Positions 1-13,199 of a stretch of 64,000 nucleotides of DNA are shown piece after piece. The translations under genes and the position numbers were made by a program. Location of the stretch: NCBI RefSeq assembly GCF_009914755.1, contig NC_060935.1; one strand, written 5' to 3'. The stretch's first letter is position 1. Each line of letters starts with the position of its first letter. This stretch comes from the human T2T-CHM13v2.0 reference genome, Homo sapiens. The notes beneath the pieces were generated by a model. That model made no database searches. It had not been told where the DNA came from and worked only from the letters and a program-made list of their open reading frames with translations.

Positions 1-129
1 GGCAGATTAAATAGCTGATACGGGGACATCCCCCCAGCTGGTAAGTGGCTGCTTCAGATCCTCCAGGGTCTTCTCATTGCCCATCCATCATGCCTGTGGG
101 GGGGTCTATGGGACCAGGCCCCTACGCAC

Positions 130-563
130 CTATCTGATCTCATCTTCCAGTCACCCCTCACTCACACCCCTCCAACTTTATCAGCCTTCTTTTTAGTCCT
201 CAACACAGATACCCCAAGGCCTTTGCACTTGCTGTTTCCCCTGCCTGGAATGCTCTTCCCTCTCATTGTCACCTGGCTGGAGTCCTTCATTCAGGTCTCA
301 CCACTCGGAACTCACAGCTCCACGAGGTCTCACCCTCCCAACTAACCACACACCTTCTATCATGTTACTTTGCTTTATTTTCTTCATGACACTTGTCACT
401 ATATGAAATTATTTATTTGGTTTGTTTACTTATTAGTTTTCTCCCCCACTAGAATATAAGCTCCATGAAGGCAGGGACCTATCTACTGTTTCCCACTATA
501 TCTCCAGTCCCTAGAGGATCTGGCATATAGATGCTCAGTAAAGACCTGCACAATAAATGAATG
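130..563 (+). mobile_element. L2 3' end
   Basis: ggcctttgcacttgctgtttcccctgcctggaatgctcttccc...aagctccatgaaggcagggacc...aataaatgaatg. Confidence 0.8.
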
Positions 564-1319
564 CAGTAGGTAAACTAGGATTGAAACCCAGGTCTGCACA
601 ACTCTGAAGCCCAGAGAGCTTTTGCCATTGTGCTAGAAATGCCTTTCTTCCCACATCTTTTTAACTGTTGGCAAATAATTTCTCAGTGATGAAGCCTTTT
701 GACATTGTCTTTAAAATTTGATAGAGTTTTGTTTTTTAAGTATGTCTGGGCTATCACAGAAGAAAAAATCTTATTTAAACCCCAAATACAGGTCCATAAA
801 TAACCTTTGCTCTTGAAAACTGAGGAGACTCCACATCATCCTTTAAAGGACTTCAGGGGTGCAAATGACTTTTCCCAAAATTCTTCCTGTAATCAAGTAT
901 TCACAACCCTCGTCCACACTGCAAGCCTGGGCTCCCAATAGCTGTGGAAGAATCTTCTCATAGAGTCAGTAGTAAAGTCAACAGCCCTTTGTGATGGCGC
1001 TCAGAGGGTAATTGCTGGCATGAATAATTGTCAAGCAGCCCCAGGGGGAGCGCCTGATTAAAAAAAAGGGGGGGGTCTGTTCCCTGGGAAAGAGAGTCAC
1101 AGCATCCAGGGGTCACTGATAAAAATGAGAACCATGACAACCGCCCAAAGCCAGGCACTGTACTAGGTCCTTTACACCTGATAATGTGCAAGGTTGACTC
1201 TGCAAGGTAGAAGTGTTTAGGCTTATTTTATAGAAGAGAAAAATTGAAGCTCAGAGAGGGTAATTAATTGTCTCCACCTCATCTATCTGGAAAGTAGCAG
1301 AGTTGAACATCAAATCTTT

Positions 1320-2790
1320 ATCGTTATAAAATGGCCCATTTTTGTCCCTGATGATATTCTTTGTTCTGACATCTACTTTGTCTGATATTAATGTAGCCAT
1401 TCCAGCATACTTACAATTAGTATTTTCATGATATGAGTTTTCCCATTATTTTATTTTTAACCATATTTAAAATGGAATTTTTATAGACAGCATATAATTT
1501 GGTCTTGCTTTTTTATTCAGTCTTGCAATCTCTGCCTTTTAACTGAAATGTTTAGGCCATTTATATGTCATTGTAATCATTGGTACATTTTGTTTAAATT
1601 TGCCATCTTGATATTTGTTTTCTAGTTGTATCATTTATTCTTTGTTCCTTTTTCCCCTTTTCCTGTCTTTTTTAGGGTTAATTGAATATTTTTGGTAGTC
1701 AATTTTATCTCCTCTGGCTTATTAGCTATATATCTTTGTTTTATTTTAGTGGTTGTTATAAGGTTTAAAATATGAATCTTGGCTGGGCACTGTGGCTCAT
1801 GCCTGTAATCCCAGCACTTTGGGAGGCTGAGGCGGGTGGATCATGACGCCAGGAGTTCAAGACCAACCTGACCAAGATAGTGAAACCCTGTCTCTACTAA
1901 AAATACAAAAATTAGACAGGCATGGTGGTGGGCACCTGTAATCCCAGCTACTTGGGAGGCTGAGGCAGAGAATTGCTTGAACCCGGGAGGTGGAGGTTGC
2001 AGTGAACCAAAATCATGCCACTGCGCTCCAGCCTGGGTGACAGAGTGAGACTCCATCTCAAAATAATAATAATATGAATATGAATATGAATATTTAACTT
2101 GTTGAAGAAAGCCTAAAACAATATACTTACATTTCTCCCTCCTGTCCTTCATACTATTGTTATCATACGTCTTACATCTATCTCTATAATAAGTCTATCA
2201 ATACAAATCATCTTTTAAAGAAATTTTAAAATGAGAAAATAAAATTCCTTAAATTTACCCATATTTTTCCCACTTCTGACACTCTTTATTCCTTTACATA
2301 GACCAGTTTTCCATCTAGTACCATTCTTGTCTTGACTGAAGAATGTCTTTTAATATTTGTGGTTGTAGAAGTCTTCTAAAGACAAACTTTGCCAGCTTTT
2401 GTATGTCTGAAAAAGCTTTTATTTGGCCTTAATTTTTGAAGGATATTTTCAATGGATAGAGAATTCTTAGTTACAGAGTTTCCATTATCTTCTGACTTGG
2501 CATAATTTCTGTTAAGTGTGTGATGGCTTTATCTGTTTTCCTGTTTTTACTCCCCAGTTGCTTTGAAGATTTTCTCTTTGTCACTGGTTATTAGAAATTT
2601 GATTATCATATGTCCTGGTGTGGTTGTGTGGTTTTGTGTGTGTAAGTGTGTATGTGTGCACTCCGTTTAGAACTCATTATACTGCTTAAATGTGTGGGTA
2701 TATAGTTCTCATCAGGAAGTTTCTGGCCATTGTTTTTTCAAATGGTTTTCTCTTTCTGTTTCTCTTCATCCTCTGGAATTTGAATCATAG
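1320..2790 (-). mobile_element. Old L1M fragment interrupted by an Alu
   Basis: tctactttgtctgatattaatgtagccattccagc (reverse of the L1 EN-coding region) in T-rich L1 antisense sequence. Confidence 0.7.
1781..2073 (+). mobile_element. AluS (Sg-like)
   Basis: Full dimer with an (AAT)n tail; TSD-like aatatgaatctt / aatatgaatatt. Confidence 0.92.
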
Positions 2791-3139
2791 GTGGAGGATC
2801 CCTCTCTGCCTCATCCCCTCCCACCAACGCTTCTTGCCCATGGAGGGGTGAGTCCTGTTGGCTGGGTGCAGGGGTGGGCATCAGCGGAGTTGCCACGGAG
2901 ACACTCTGCAGTAGCCCAGGCATCACTCACACGCCAACAGCACCTGCCATCACATCCCTCTGCAGACACTGGAGCAGGATGACTGACCTATGACAACAGC
3001 CAGGAATTCATTCTTTGAGTCAAACCTTGAGGCTCAGGACACATACCTGAATGGAGGCAGTTTTTTGTATAGAGCTTTAGAAGGTTGTTTTTACAAAACA
3101 ACACTTTCTTTCTCTTTTGTAAATAGAAGACACCAGTTA

Positions 3140-3350
3140 TGGTGTGCTTATCATGTGCCAGACACTGTGCTAAGCACAAAAAACAAGTTAACGCATTTCA
3201 CCTTCACAAGAACCCTGAACATAGATATTAACTACATGGAATAGATGAGGAAACTGGGGCTCAGAAAGGTTAAGTAACTCCCATATGGTCACACAGCAGG
3301 CCGACAGTGAAGCCTGGACTCAAACTCAGAACTGTCTGACTCCAAAGCCC
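3140..3350 (-). mobile_element. MIR
   Basis: Reverse MIR core gatgaggaaactggggctcagaaaggttaagtaact...ggtcacacagc. Confidence 0.78.
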
Positions 3351-5183
3351 ACATTGTCTATTGCCTGGCTCGTGGAAGGAAGAGTGGGGTAAAGGCTCTG
3401 CTCTCGGGTTTGCCATCTACACCAGTTCCTTACCTGCCCTAGGGGTGATTGTAGAGGGGAGAAATAGAAGCTGGCCAAGAAGGGGGAAACGAATCTTTAT
3501 TAGCTTTTTACCTGATTCTAAAAGAAAACATGTTTATCTTAGATGATTGGGAAAGTACAGAATAATACAAAGAACTCCCCAGTCCCCTGTGTAGGATGAC
3601 TTCAGGAGTGTGGAGCTGGCCCTGTGTCTCCAAATACCTCCCCCACCAATCTGCTACAGAGACTGCAGTTTTCCCTGAACAATCATTTCTCCACAATGAA
3701 GCCCTTTTTTTTTTTTTTTTTTTTTGGCCTCTCTCTTAAAACACAAGTGCCTCACATTCTGGCCCAAGAACAGCTCACTGGGACCGGTGATTACGTCCCC
3801 GCCCTCGGGGAGCAAACTCCTGCTTAGGAAGCGCAGGACTCCAGAGGGAAATGGGAAATACCATAAGTGGGGCCCGGAAGTAAGGCCCTTCCTCAGGATA
3901 AGGGTGGAATCGACCCCCTTTCCAGGCTTTCTAGAGAAGGAAGGATGTCCAGTGGTGGTGTTAAGACACGGAGCCTCCCCTGAGGTCCCGTTAGCCAGTG
4001 CTGGGACAGGAATGAAAGGAGAATAAAAGCACAAAGGATCCTCAGAATGGCCTCTGGAGGTGGGGCATCTTAGGGGAGACAAAGGGGGTGATCAGTGTGC
4101 AAACAGGCGTGGGACAGCAAGGAAAGGGGCAGAGCAGAGCCGGCTCCAGGGAGGCACATCAGGACCACAGACAGGAAGAAGCACAGACTCCACACTCCTC
4201 CACCAGAGATGGCAGGCACAGCTCTGCTTCCTCAGGGACCAGGGGAGCCATGTGGCAGCAAGGAGAGGGGGCAGCCTGGAGCTTGGACCAAAGGAAGCAG
4301 TCCCTGGTCCACATAGCCCTATGTCCCTCTCCAGGAATCCCAAGCCTGTCCTCAGTGGCTTCTCCAGAGTGGCCAACAGGAGGGATGGGGAGCCCCTCCC
4401 AGCAAGACTCTAAGGTGGTCAAAGGAGAGAGGCAGGAGCAATGGGAAATCAAGGCATCCCCTCTCTGGAGGCCCCTCAGAGCGAATCCCCTTCCTCCAAG
4501 AGCTGGGAAGCTGTCTTCCTTTCTCCTCTCACCCTTATCCCTTGTCACAGATATGACTCTTGTCTCTGTTAGCCCCTAACCCCAGGGGAATGAAGATTCA
4601 GTCTATCCTCTCCCTCCCAAGTCTCAACCGTATAGGCAAACATCGTCCCATACACGTAATCCTGAAGCACACATAATTTTGCATTCTATATTTTTATGTA
4701 TAATAAATTACATATAAATACTGTACATATACTTCTATATAATAAATTATATGGAAAAAGCAGAATGCAAAATTATGTGTGTCCCAGGATCATAATAAAT
4801 TACTTATAACCAATTATCCCAACCATTTTGCTATTTTTCTGTATAGTCTTTGCTGTGATTTTCCAGGCTTCTTTTTTTCTTTTTCAAGGGTCTCTTTTAA
4901 TCATTGCACAATTCCTCATGGAATAGGCAGACCCAATTTGCTGAACCAGTTCCCAAAGGCCAGATGTTTAAATGGTGTCTAGTTCTTCACTGGTGTAGGG
5001 AACCCAGCTGCCTAGGCATTTTGTTTTGTTTCATTTTGTTTTGCTTTCTGAAATCTGATGCACTAACGTTGTGAGAGAAGTAATTTCTCTGCCTCCCCTT
5101 CTGTCCCCAGGGAGTGCCAGACTCTGCCCATGTCACCACCTCCCCCAGGAGAAAAGCCTGCAACAGATTGTTGGGGGGCTTCT

Positions 5184-5643
5184 TCATTCATTCATTCATT
5201 CTTTCCTCAAATGTTATCAAGCAAGGCCACAGCTGGGGGTATCACTCCCTGAAGGAAGAAGACGTTAAGTAAGTGGGAAATTCTAACCTAAGAGGATCTG
5301 TGCTCTGGTCAGAGAATAGTGATCTGGGAATATAAAGGGGCTCATAATCCTGACATGAGCTTCCCAGGGGATACACAGCCTAGGCTAACAAAGGAAGAAT
5401 GGGTAAAAGACAGCCAGGTAAGTAAACAGAGGTGTCCAGGAAGAGAGAAATAACTGAGGCCAAGGCCCAGGGAGGAGAGTGCAACCCTTCAAAAGCTCTG
5501 AAGGTTCCCAGTGTGCATGGAGCTCAGCAGGGCGAGGTGGGAAAGTGTAGGAAAGAGCCTGTAAGCCACGATAAAGGCTTTGACCATTCCCTTGAAGGCA
5601 CTAGGGAGCCATTGAAGGTTCTTAAATAACAGAGTGACTTGAT
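5184..5643 (-). mobile_element. L2 fragment
   Basis: (CATT)n head followed by ggcactagggagccattgaaggtt...agagtgac. Confidence 0.6.
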
Positions 5644-5652
5644 CAAATTTGA

Positions 5653-5959
<307 letters not shown>

Positions 5960-6406
5960 CAAATTTGAATTTTAATAAACTCATTCTGCCCTCTCAAGTT
6001 CTTTCCCTGGCAGCGTCTTGGCCACGACCAGGGCAGTTCAGGAGGGCATCAGGGACATCCTGAGTCAGAGTTGGTGGGAGACATAAGGAAATCACCGTGG
6101 GGTTGAGAGGAAAGCAGGGACCCAGGTGAAGGACAGGACACAGCCAGGCTCCTGATGAGGGACCTCTGTGAAGGGCACAAACCAGGCAACGGGAAGACTC
6201 TGAGCCAAGACGCCATTTGTCCCTAGCAGCTCTGAGGGCAAAGGTCCTGGTTCTCGGGCAGGCTAGTTCATCCCTGAGCACCCTGTTCCTGCCCCACCCC
6301 ACCCCTAGCAGGATCAGAACTCTGCAGCCAACCTGAGGGCCGTGCTGCCTTGGAAATTCAGGTTCCCATCCCCGAGTCAGGCTCCCCCTGCTTCTCCCGC
6401 CGCAGG

Positions 6407-6420
6407 GTTGCCATGGTAAC
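6407..6420. promoter_or_regulatory. RFX X-box
   Basis: GTTGCCATGGTAAC, 13/14 to GTTGCCATGGCAAC, in a small CpG-retaining unique patch. Confidence 0.55.
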
Positions 6421-6906
6421 CATTCGAGGCATGGAGATTCTCGCTGAGGCTGCAGAATGGCCCTAAACCTGCCTGAGCTGGGGAGGGGCAGGGAGGAATG
6501 GGGTGTTTCCTGGTATTCCCTATGGATGGCTCCTCTCCCTGGTATTCCCCATTCCCTGGCTCCTCTCACTTCCCAGGATAAAAGGTCAAGGGGCTACAGG
6601 GCTTAGGAGAGGGGGTGAGGTTGGGTGGGGAAACAAGCCCTGCTGAGTATACAGCCTTGTCCCTTCCTTGGCCCATGGGCCCAGCCCCTGACCATGGCTA
6701 TTTGCTAAGAAGGGCAAGATTCATTGCACCCTTTCTCAAATGCCTGAAACGAAAACCTCAACAGCCCTCCTGCTGGGGATAGTCTTAGAGCAATAACAAA
6801 AATGCCTACGAAGTGTTGAGCACTGAGTTAGCACAGTGCTTAGAGCAGCACACACACAGTCTCATCAAGCAGTCACCACAGGGCTAGGAAGTGCACAGTA
6901 CACACT

Positions 6907-7216
6907 TCTTTTTTCTTTTTTCTTTCTTTCTTTTATTTTATTTTATTCTATCACCCAGGCTGGAGTGTGCAGTGGCACAGTCTCAGCTCTCTGCTGCAGC
7001 CTCCACCTCCTGGGCTCAAGTCATCCTCCTACAAGCACTCGCCACCATACTTGCCTTATTTTTTAATGTTTTTTTTGTTTGTTTGTTTGTTTGTTTCACA
7101 GAGATGAGATCTTACTATATTTCCCAGACTGGTCTCAAACTCCCAGGCTCAAGAGGTCCTCCCACCTTAGCCTCCCAAAGTCCTGGGATAACAGGCGTGG
7201 GCCACCTCACCCAGCC
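6907..7216 (-). mobile_element. AluJ
   Basis: Degenerate Alu with ctgcagcctccacctcctgggctcaag. Confidence 0.85.
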
Positions 7217-8299
7217 AATACATACTTCTTTATCTCCATTGTAGTGACATGAAAACTGAGGCTTCAAGAAGAAACTCATTGGCCCAGGTCACTCAGTCAG
7301 CAAGCATTGTGTCCAGTGAAGGCCCCACTCAGTGCCAGCATCCTCTTTAAAAGTCACTGATGGATGATTGTCCACCAGCTACCAACTAGACACTTCCTCT
7401 GATGGGGAGCTGACTGCTTAAAAGAGCAGCCCTTATTATTGTGGGGGAGCAAATAGAAAACCCATCCCGACAGTGAGCAGAAGCCAGCATCCCTGAGCGT
7501 GGCTACCCTAGACCCAGGTGAGCCCCAGAGGCAATGCCTTCATCCCCCAGCATCCTGGAATAACATTCAGCCTCTACAGAAGCTCTTCCATACAGAGCTG
7601 TCAGATGGTTGATTAATTGATTGATTGGTGTTTGGGGATCATTCTGCAGCCAGACACTGGGCTTAGTCTGTGATCAGGGTTAGGGCTTAGTCAATGGTAG
7701 AGGCCAGGGGTCACGTACCCAGCCAAGGTCAGGGTTACCATCTTTGCCTGGGTCAGAGATCTGTGAACAGACTCTCTGCACGTTAAGCTTCCAGGCCCTT
7801 CCAGAGGTCATGCTGCAATCTTGGCCTCATTAGCGCATGACTCTCACCAACCAGCTGGGCCCATCTGGTTTCTTATTAATCCAGAAGGGAGCTGGAGGAA
7901 GCAGTCTTCTGGGGAGTGAGCAGCCCTGGATTAAAGAGCTTGCCAGTCATGCCATTGCCTCCTCTTCTCTGCGGCCAGGAAAGCATCTTGCCCTCCTCTC
8001 TGCTGTGGCCTTTGGCCCCTCCCCACTATGGCCAGACCACAGGGCTTTGGCTGATGACCAAGCCACGCTTCCTGTGGGGCCAGAGGGGAGGCAGGTGGGA
8101 GGAAGAGCTGGGAGTAAAGGAAGGGCTCTGTAGGAAGGGACATGGTAGAGACATAGAAAGTGGTTGTCATGAGGTTATCCAAGGTCCAGCTATGCCCAGC
8201 CATGGCACCTGCCTCTTCCCTTCAGGTGGATGGGTCTCATTTCCATTCTATATGCTTTAAATGGCTGTTCATACTGCATAAAAGCCACTTTCATTCCAG

Positions 8300-8600
8300 T
8301 TCCACAAAACCAGATTCTATTTCTTATCCCCCTTCCTTCACGGCCCATCTCAGGTATTACCTCCCCCATGAAGCCTTCCCCAATTCCCTCAGCTGAGAGG
8401 ACCACTCTCTGTTCTGATTTACTTGTTAGAGCTGTTTGTAGGCAGGTCTAACCATCCCTATCAGTCTGTGAGCTCCTTGAGGGCAGGACTCATTTTTAGT
8501 TCATGTCTCTGTCCCCTGTAATACCCAACTCTTACACATGCAGCAAGTTTAAGGTAAATGTTTACTTATTGGATGAAAGGACATGTGGATGGAGAAATGC
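8300..8600 (+). mobile_element. L2 3' end
   Basis: ctgtgagctccttgagggcaggactc...gtaaatgtttacttattggatgaa. Confidence 0.65.
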
Positions 8601-8619
8601 ATTTATAGATGAAAGGATG

Positions 8620-9051
8620 ATGTCAGAGACACAGGTTGAATTCCCCAGGAAGCAGATCCTGAGCCATAGTTTAGTGTGCAGGATGTTTAATAAGGAGCAT
8701 GCTTGGAGTCAACACCTGTACAAAGGAGAGAAAAGGAAGCAGGAGCAGGCAGAGGGAAATTCAAGCTGGAATGCAGGCCCCACACCGTGGGAGCTCTGGA
8801 GCAAGAACAGCCCTGCAGAGTTGTCCTGATGCACCAAGATGATCAGGCCCTTATACTCTCACAATGATGTCATTGGATGTAGGCTGCCTTGGGAAAGGGC
8901 GCAATCTTGGGCAAGGCAGTTCTCTTCAGCTGAGATAATCCCTGAAGTAACTGACCACTAAAAGCTCTTTGACACCAGCACTCCTAGCAGTTGGAGCAAC
9001 AAGTCCTCCATTGTAAGGGGATCTGAACAGCACATCACAGTGTCCACCACA
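8620..9051 (-). mobile_element. LTR16-family (ERVL) solo LTR
   Basis: Minus strand starts tgtggtggacactgtgatgtgctgttcagatcccc; homologous to 22154-22572. Confidence 0.72.
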
Positions 9052-9422
9052 GATAGAGATGATAGATGACAGATGATGTGTAAATGCATGGTTGGCCAGA
9101 TGGATGGATGGATAGGAAAAGGATGGATTCATAGATGTGAATGGTGATTAGATAAATGGATACTTGGATGATGGATGGATGGATGGATGGGTGGATGGAT
9201 GGATGGATGGATGGATGAATGGGTATCCTGATGATGGATGAACAGATGGATGGATAGAAGGTTGGGCGAATGGGTATTCGGATGATGGATGGATGGATAA
9301 ATGGATGGGTGGATGCACAGATGCAAGGATGATGGATGAATTGATGAATTCATAGATACATGAATTCATGGATGATGAATGGTTGGGTGGATGACTGACA
9401 ACGAATGCATGGATGCATGAAT
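9052..9422. repeat. (GGAT)n / (GAAT)n degenerate tetranucleotide array
   Basis: Directly visible, purest at 9166-9217. Confidence 0.92.
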
Positions 9423-10419
9423 AGGTAATGCTTTCCCAACATTTCATGTCATTTGAGTAACTGAATCCTCCCAGTTACTCACCTGCTTCTTCCTTTTCCC
9501 TTGGGCAGATTCAAGAAGGGAGCCCAGACAGCAATCTTAGCAAGTGAAATGATCCAGAGCATGATGGCAGAACTCTCCAACATCAGCACACAACAGGGGG
9601 TCAGGGAGGGGTCTGGGAACTATTACCTGGATCTATAGCAAAGACCTATAAAGTATTAAGACAGACATGACCACAGGCCCATGACAAGCATGAGGGTGGT
9701 GAGAGGCAACAAGTGAGCAGTCAGAAGCAGCATGGACACCAGGGGAACTGCTGTGAATGGCAAGGGTCTTTGCACTGACAAGAGGAAGGGCAAGTTTCAG
9801 TACCTCCAGGGTGGGGGAGAGTCTTCCCCGTCCACTGAAGGCCAAGCACAGGTAACCCCAATGCCAGCCACCCTGTGGACTGACCCCTGCCAGTGGCAGC
9901 ACAAAACCTCTCTTTATACTGTGGCTTTCACACCCTAACCCCCAGCTGGCTGCCCTCTTCTTGTGACTTAGCCACTGGGGGACATCTCAGGTTAATCTCA
10001 AGCTTAGAACAGCTTTTGGGGGCCACAAAGACTAGGGACACCCCTCAAGGGCTGATGACAAAACATTGGCTGGGGTAACTTGATGCTCCATGTCTCAGGG
10101 AGCAGCTTCCGGTGAGACAGAGCCCACAGGATAATTTGGACTGGAGATGAGGCCATGTCTGGGGATGGAGAGCCTAAGAAAGGCTGTCTTTTCCTCTCTC
10201 CCTGGCCCATGCTCGTCCAGGCTTAAGCTTCATTTCCCACCCACTCCCTAACCAGGATGCCCTTCCAAAGCCAGTGTTCCCCACTGGCAAGGTTGTGAGG
10301 CCGCGTCTTCTCTCAATTTCTCTGGCCTCAGGAGGAGCTTCTAGATAGGGGAAGATGAGGGTCGGAGGGGAAGCAGAAAATTTGTCTTACCTAATTGCCT
10401 AAATGTGGTATGAAGTCTC

Positions 10420-10781
10420 TGCACAACTTCCCAGCCTCAGCCCACAACAACCCTCACCCATTTCCCCATTGCAGTCGGGGAGGGAAGTTATGCCACAGGC
10501 AGCCCCATCAGGAGGCCCACATGGCAAAGAACCAAAGGCTTTTACCAACAGTCCTTTGAGTGACCTCAGAAGTGGCTCCTCCAGCCCCATCAAGCCTCGG
10601 ATGACTGCAGCCCTGGCCAACATCTTGATCACAGCCTCATGAGGGACCCTGAGCCAGAACTACCCAGCCAAGTCACTCCCAGCTTCCCAACTCACAGACA
10701 CCCTCAGAAGCAAATAGAAGAAATTCTTGTTATTTTAAGCCACTAAGTTTGGGGTAATATGTAATACAATAAATAACTAAC
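10420..10781 (+). mobile_element. MLT1 (E/F-like) LTR
   Basis: gatgactgcagccctggccaacatcttg...ttttaagccactaagtttggggtaat. Confidence 0.7.
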
Positions 10782-11589
10782 CTTAACCCCTTCACACACA
10801 CCCAGAGAAGACGAGCTGATAATCAGGTTGCAGGTCCCAAGAGGACAGTGGGCCACATGTACTGTGAGCAGAGTCACGATGCATTTTAAAATCATCCTCA
10901 CATGAGACTCGCTCTTATCTCTTCTTTTTCAATGCATGTCATCTGATGCGTAAGTCAGCCTGGGGTCTTCTCTTCCTGCTAATCCCACTCAGACAAGAGC
11001 CTTTAGGGGTCTCCTCTCATGGCATCTGTGCTGCATAAACAAGAGGCTGTAAGCTGCATGGAAGAGCTTAGTCTCTAGCTATGTCTTAGAGCTTGGACAC
11101 ATTTTGTTTCTGGTTTCAGGAAACTGCTTGGATATGGGCTTAGAAGAAGCAAAAGCCTGCTCCCAATCCCTTAAATCTCAAGCTAAATCCATAGGGCCCA
11201 GCCTAGGTTATCAGAGAGCCCTTCACTGAAAGGTCAGACACCAACACAGCAAATAATAAAGCAGTGGCTTGACTTTCCACTTGCTCTTCTTGGGAACCTC
11301 ATGGGGAGAAGTGGCTGTAATGTGAGGCAGAATTCCAGCCATAACCACATCTTTAGAATGAAGTTTTCCAGCTAGTGATCTGTGAATAAGTTTTGGGTGT
11401 ATGCCAAGTATAACTTCCCTCCAGCTTTGAGGTATTGATCCCCTCAGCCCTTGGAACCGCTGGATGAGGACTGGAATAGTCAGACTCCAAGCCAGCCACC
11501 TTAGGCTGTGTGCAGTCTCGTGGAATTTCCCCAGTGGACTGTAAAGATATTAACAATTTCCATCAGTCCCAAGATGTGAAAAAAAAGTG

Positions 11590-11840
11590 AACAACACTGA
11601 ACTCAGCAAATATCTTTGAATAATTCCTCCATACTCTTTACCTTCATCCAAGTCGATGATAAAAATGCTAACCAGTACAGGGTCAGGGACAAAACACCAA
11701 CCACCAGAAACCTCCCTCTGGAGGGACAAGAGCCATTCATCAACACTGGGTGTGTTTATCTAAATACTACTCCACCCAAATATTTTTCCATCCATTCCGT
11801 GTCTCTCTCCATCTTGTCCACATGGATATCATGACATATT
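11590..11840 (-). mobile_element. L3/CR1 RT fragment, heavily decayed
   Basis: ttcatccaagtcgatgataaaaatgctaaccagtacagggtcagggac reads VPDPVLVSIFIIDLDE on the minus strand (CR1 motif GPVLFNIFINDLD). Confidence 0.65.
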
Positions 11841-11979
11841 TGCTGATTTTGTAGTCCCATGTGAATTAATGGATAAAGGTAATCATCATCAGTGGCTGAT
11901 AACAACACATAAGAAGAGAATCATCCAAGCATCACGTACTCCCAGTGAATACGCAACACTACTATGAAGAGGGATGCCA

Positions 11980-12400
11980 GTTATTCGGTGACTATCTCTC
12001 AGCTCCAAGCCCCCTCCTCTCCTTGCCCTTTCTATGCTCTGCTTTGAGATGCTAAGGCTGGCACTCTGCAAAACACCTTAATCTTTTCCTGGCTGCTTCC
12101 ATGTTTGGCTCTGCCAATAAGGACACCAAGGAGAGACTCAAAGGCAGGAGAAGAGATTTGCTACTTCCTGCTGGCTTGCTGGATTCTGTTGCCATTGCTC
12201 CAGCATTGACACTTCATCACACCCCCTCAGGGGACCCAGCAACTGCTGAGTGATGTCCCCTGGGATGTCTGAGAGCCAGCTCTGCAGTTCTAGATTCTGT
12301 CTTCCCACTTCTTCCCCTTGTCCTCCATTCCTAGAGATGGTGATGCATCCTGGAGTTGTTACCTCTGCTGATGCCCAGTGTAGTTTCTGTTTTCCCTGTT
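11980..12400 (+). mobile_element. LTR33/LTR41-like ERVL LTR
   Basis: ctctcagctccaag...ctgctttgagatgctaaggctgg...ctctgccaataagg. Confidence 0.5.
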
Positions 12401-12733
12401 GGGCTCCTAAATAGTGCAGGACTCTGCCAAATATAAAAGAAAGAAAGACACTGAACCTGAATCTGATCAAATTTCTAGATCTAACCATTAACTTAAGCCA
12501 TTAAGCCATTAAGTTAATGTATCCATTAAGTTTTGTGTTATGCTATAATAAACAACTAATACAGGTGTGATCATGGTACCATAGTTATGATTTTTGATGC
12601 ACAGTGAAATATTTATATAATGTCTGTGATTAGCTTCAAAATAATGGGGAGGGTGAAAGGAAAGAATGTGGTTGGGAGTGAAACAAAGATGGATCCCTGA
12701 GTGGAAAGTTGATGAAGTTGAAGGATGGGTACT

Positions 12734-12833
12734 GCTATGGTTTGAATTTGTCTCCCAAAACATATGCTTTGGAAACTTAATCCCCAATGCCACAGTATTG
12801 GGAGGTGGGGCCTAATGAGAGGAGATTAGGCCA
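12734..12833 (+). mobile_element. MST-type MaLR LTR 5' fragment
   Basis: tgctatggtttgaatttgtctccc...ggaaacttaatccccaatg...gggaggtggggcctaatg. Confidence 0.7.
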
Positions 12834-13199
12834 AATCTTGCATGGTGAAAAGTATGCTGATCTGTATACTGTAGATCAGAATCCACATTCTTCCCCCTTT
12901 TGAGAACTGAAATGGTGTACATTTATCTTCAGCAACACTTCCTACTCTTCCTCCTCAAGGACAGAGCGAGTGGCTCAGTGATCTTCCCTCCAACTTGATC
13001 TGTGGATCACGAGTTCTCTGCTCAGTGTGGAGCACAGAACTCATTTAGAGCAGCCAGGTGAGTGCAGATAACTTTTTTCATACACCTAAATGCTTCCATA
13101 GCATATTTGTATATTCCTTGTCAGTCCAAAGAGAAGTGACAGAAGCAAAATAGGAGATGAAGAATTATGTTCTGTCCACCACTGAAAGGCAGTATGCCG

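Noticed and set aside
1841-2152. Alu-derived ORFs (also 5695, 6891, 16494, 39022, 44492, 48073)
   Set aside because: Typical antisense-Alu translations, not genes.
9129-9447. His/Pro/Ser/Ile-rich ORFs
   Set aside because: Translations of the (GGAT)n repeat.
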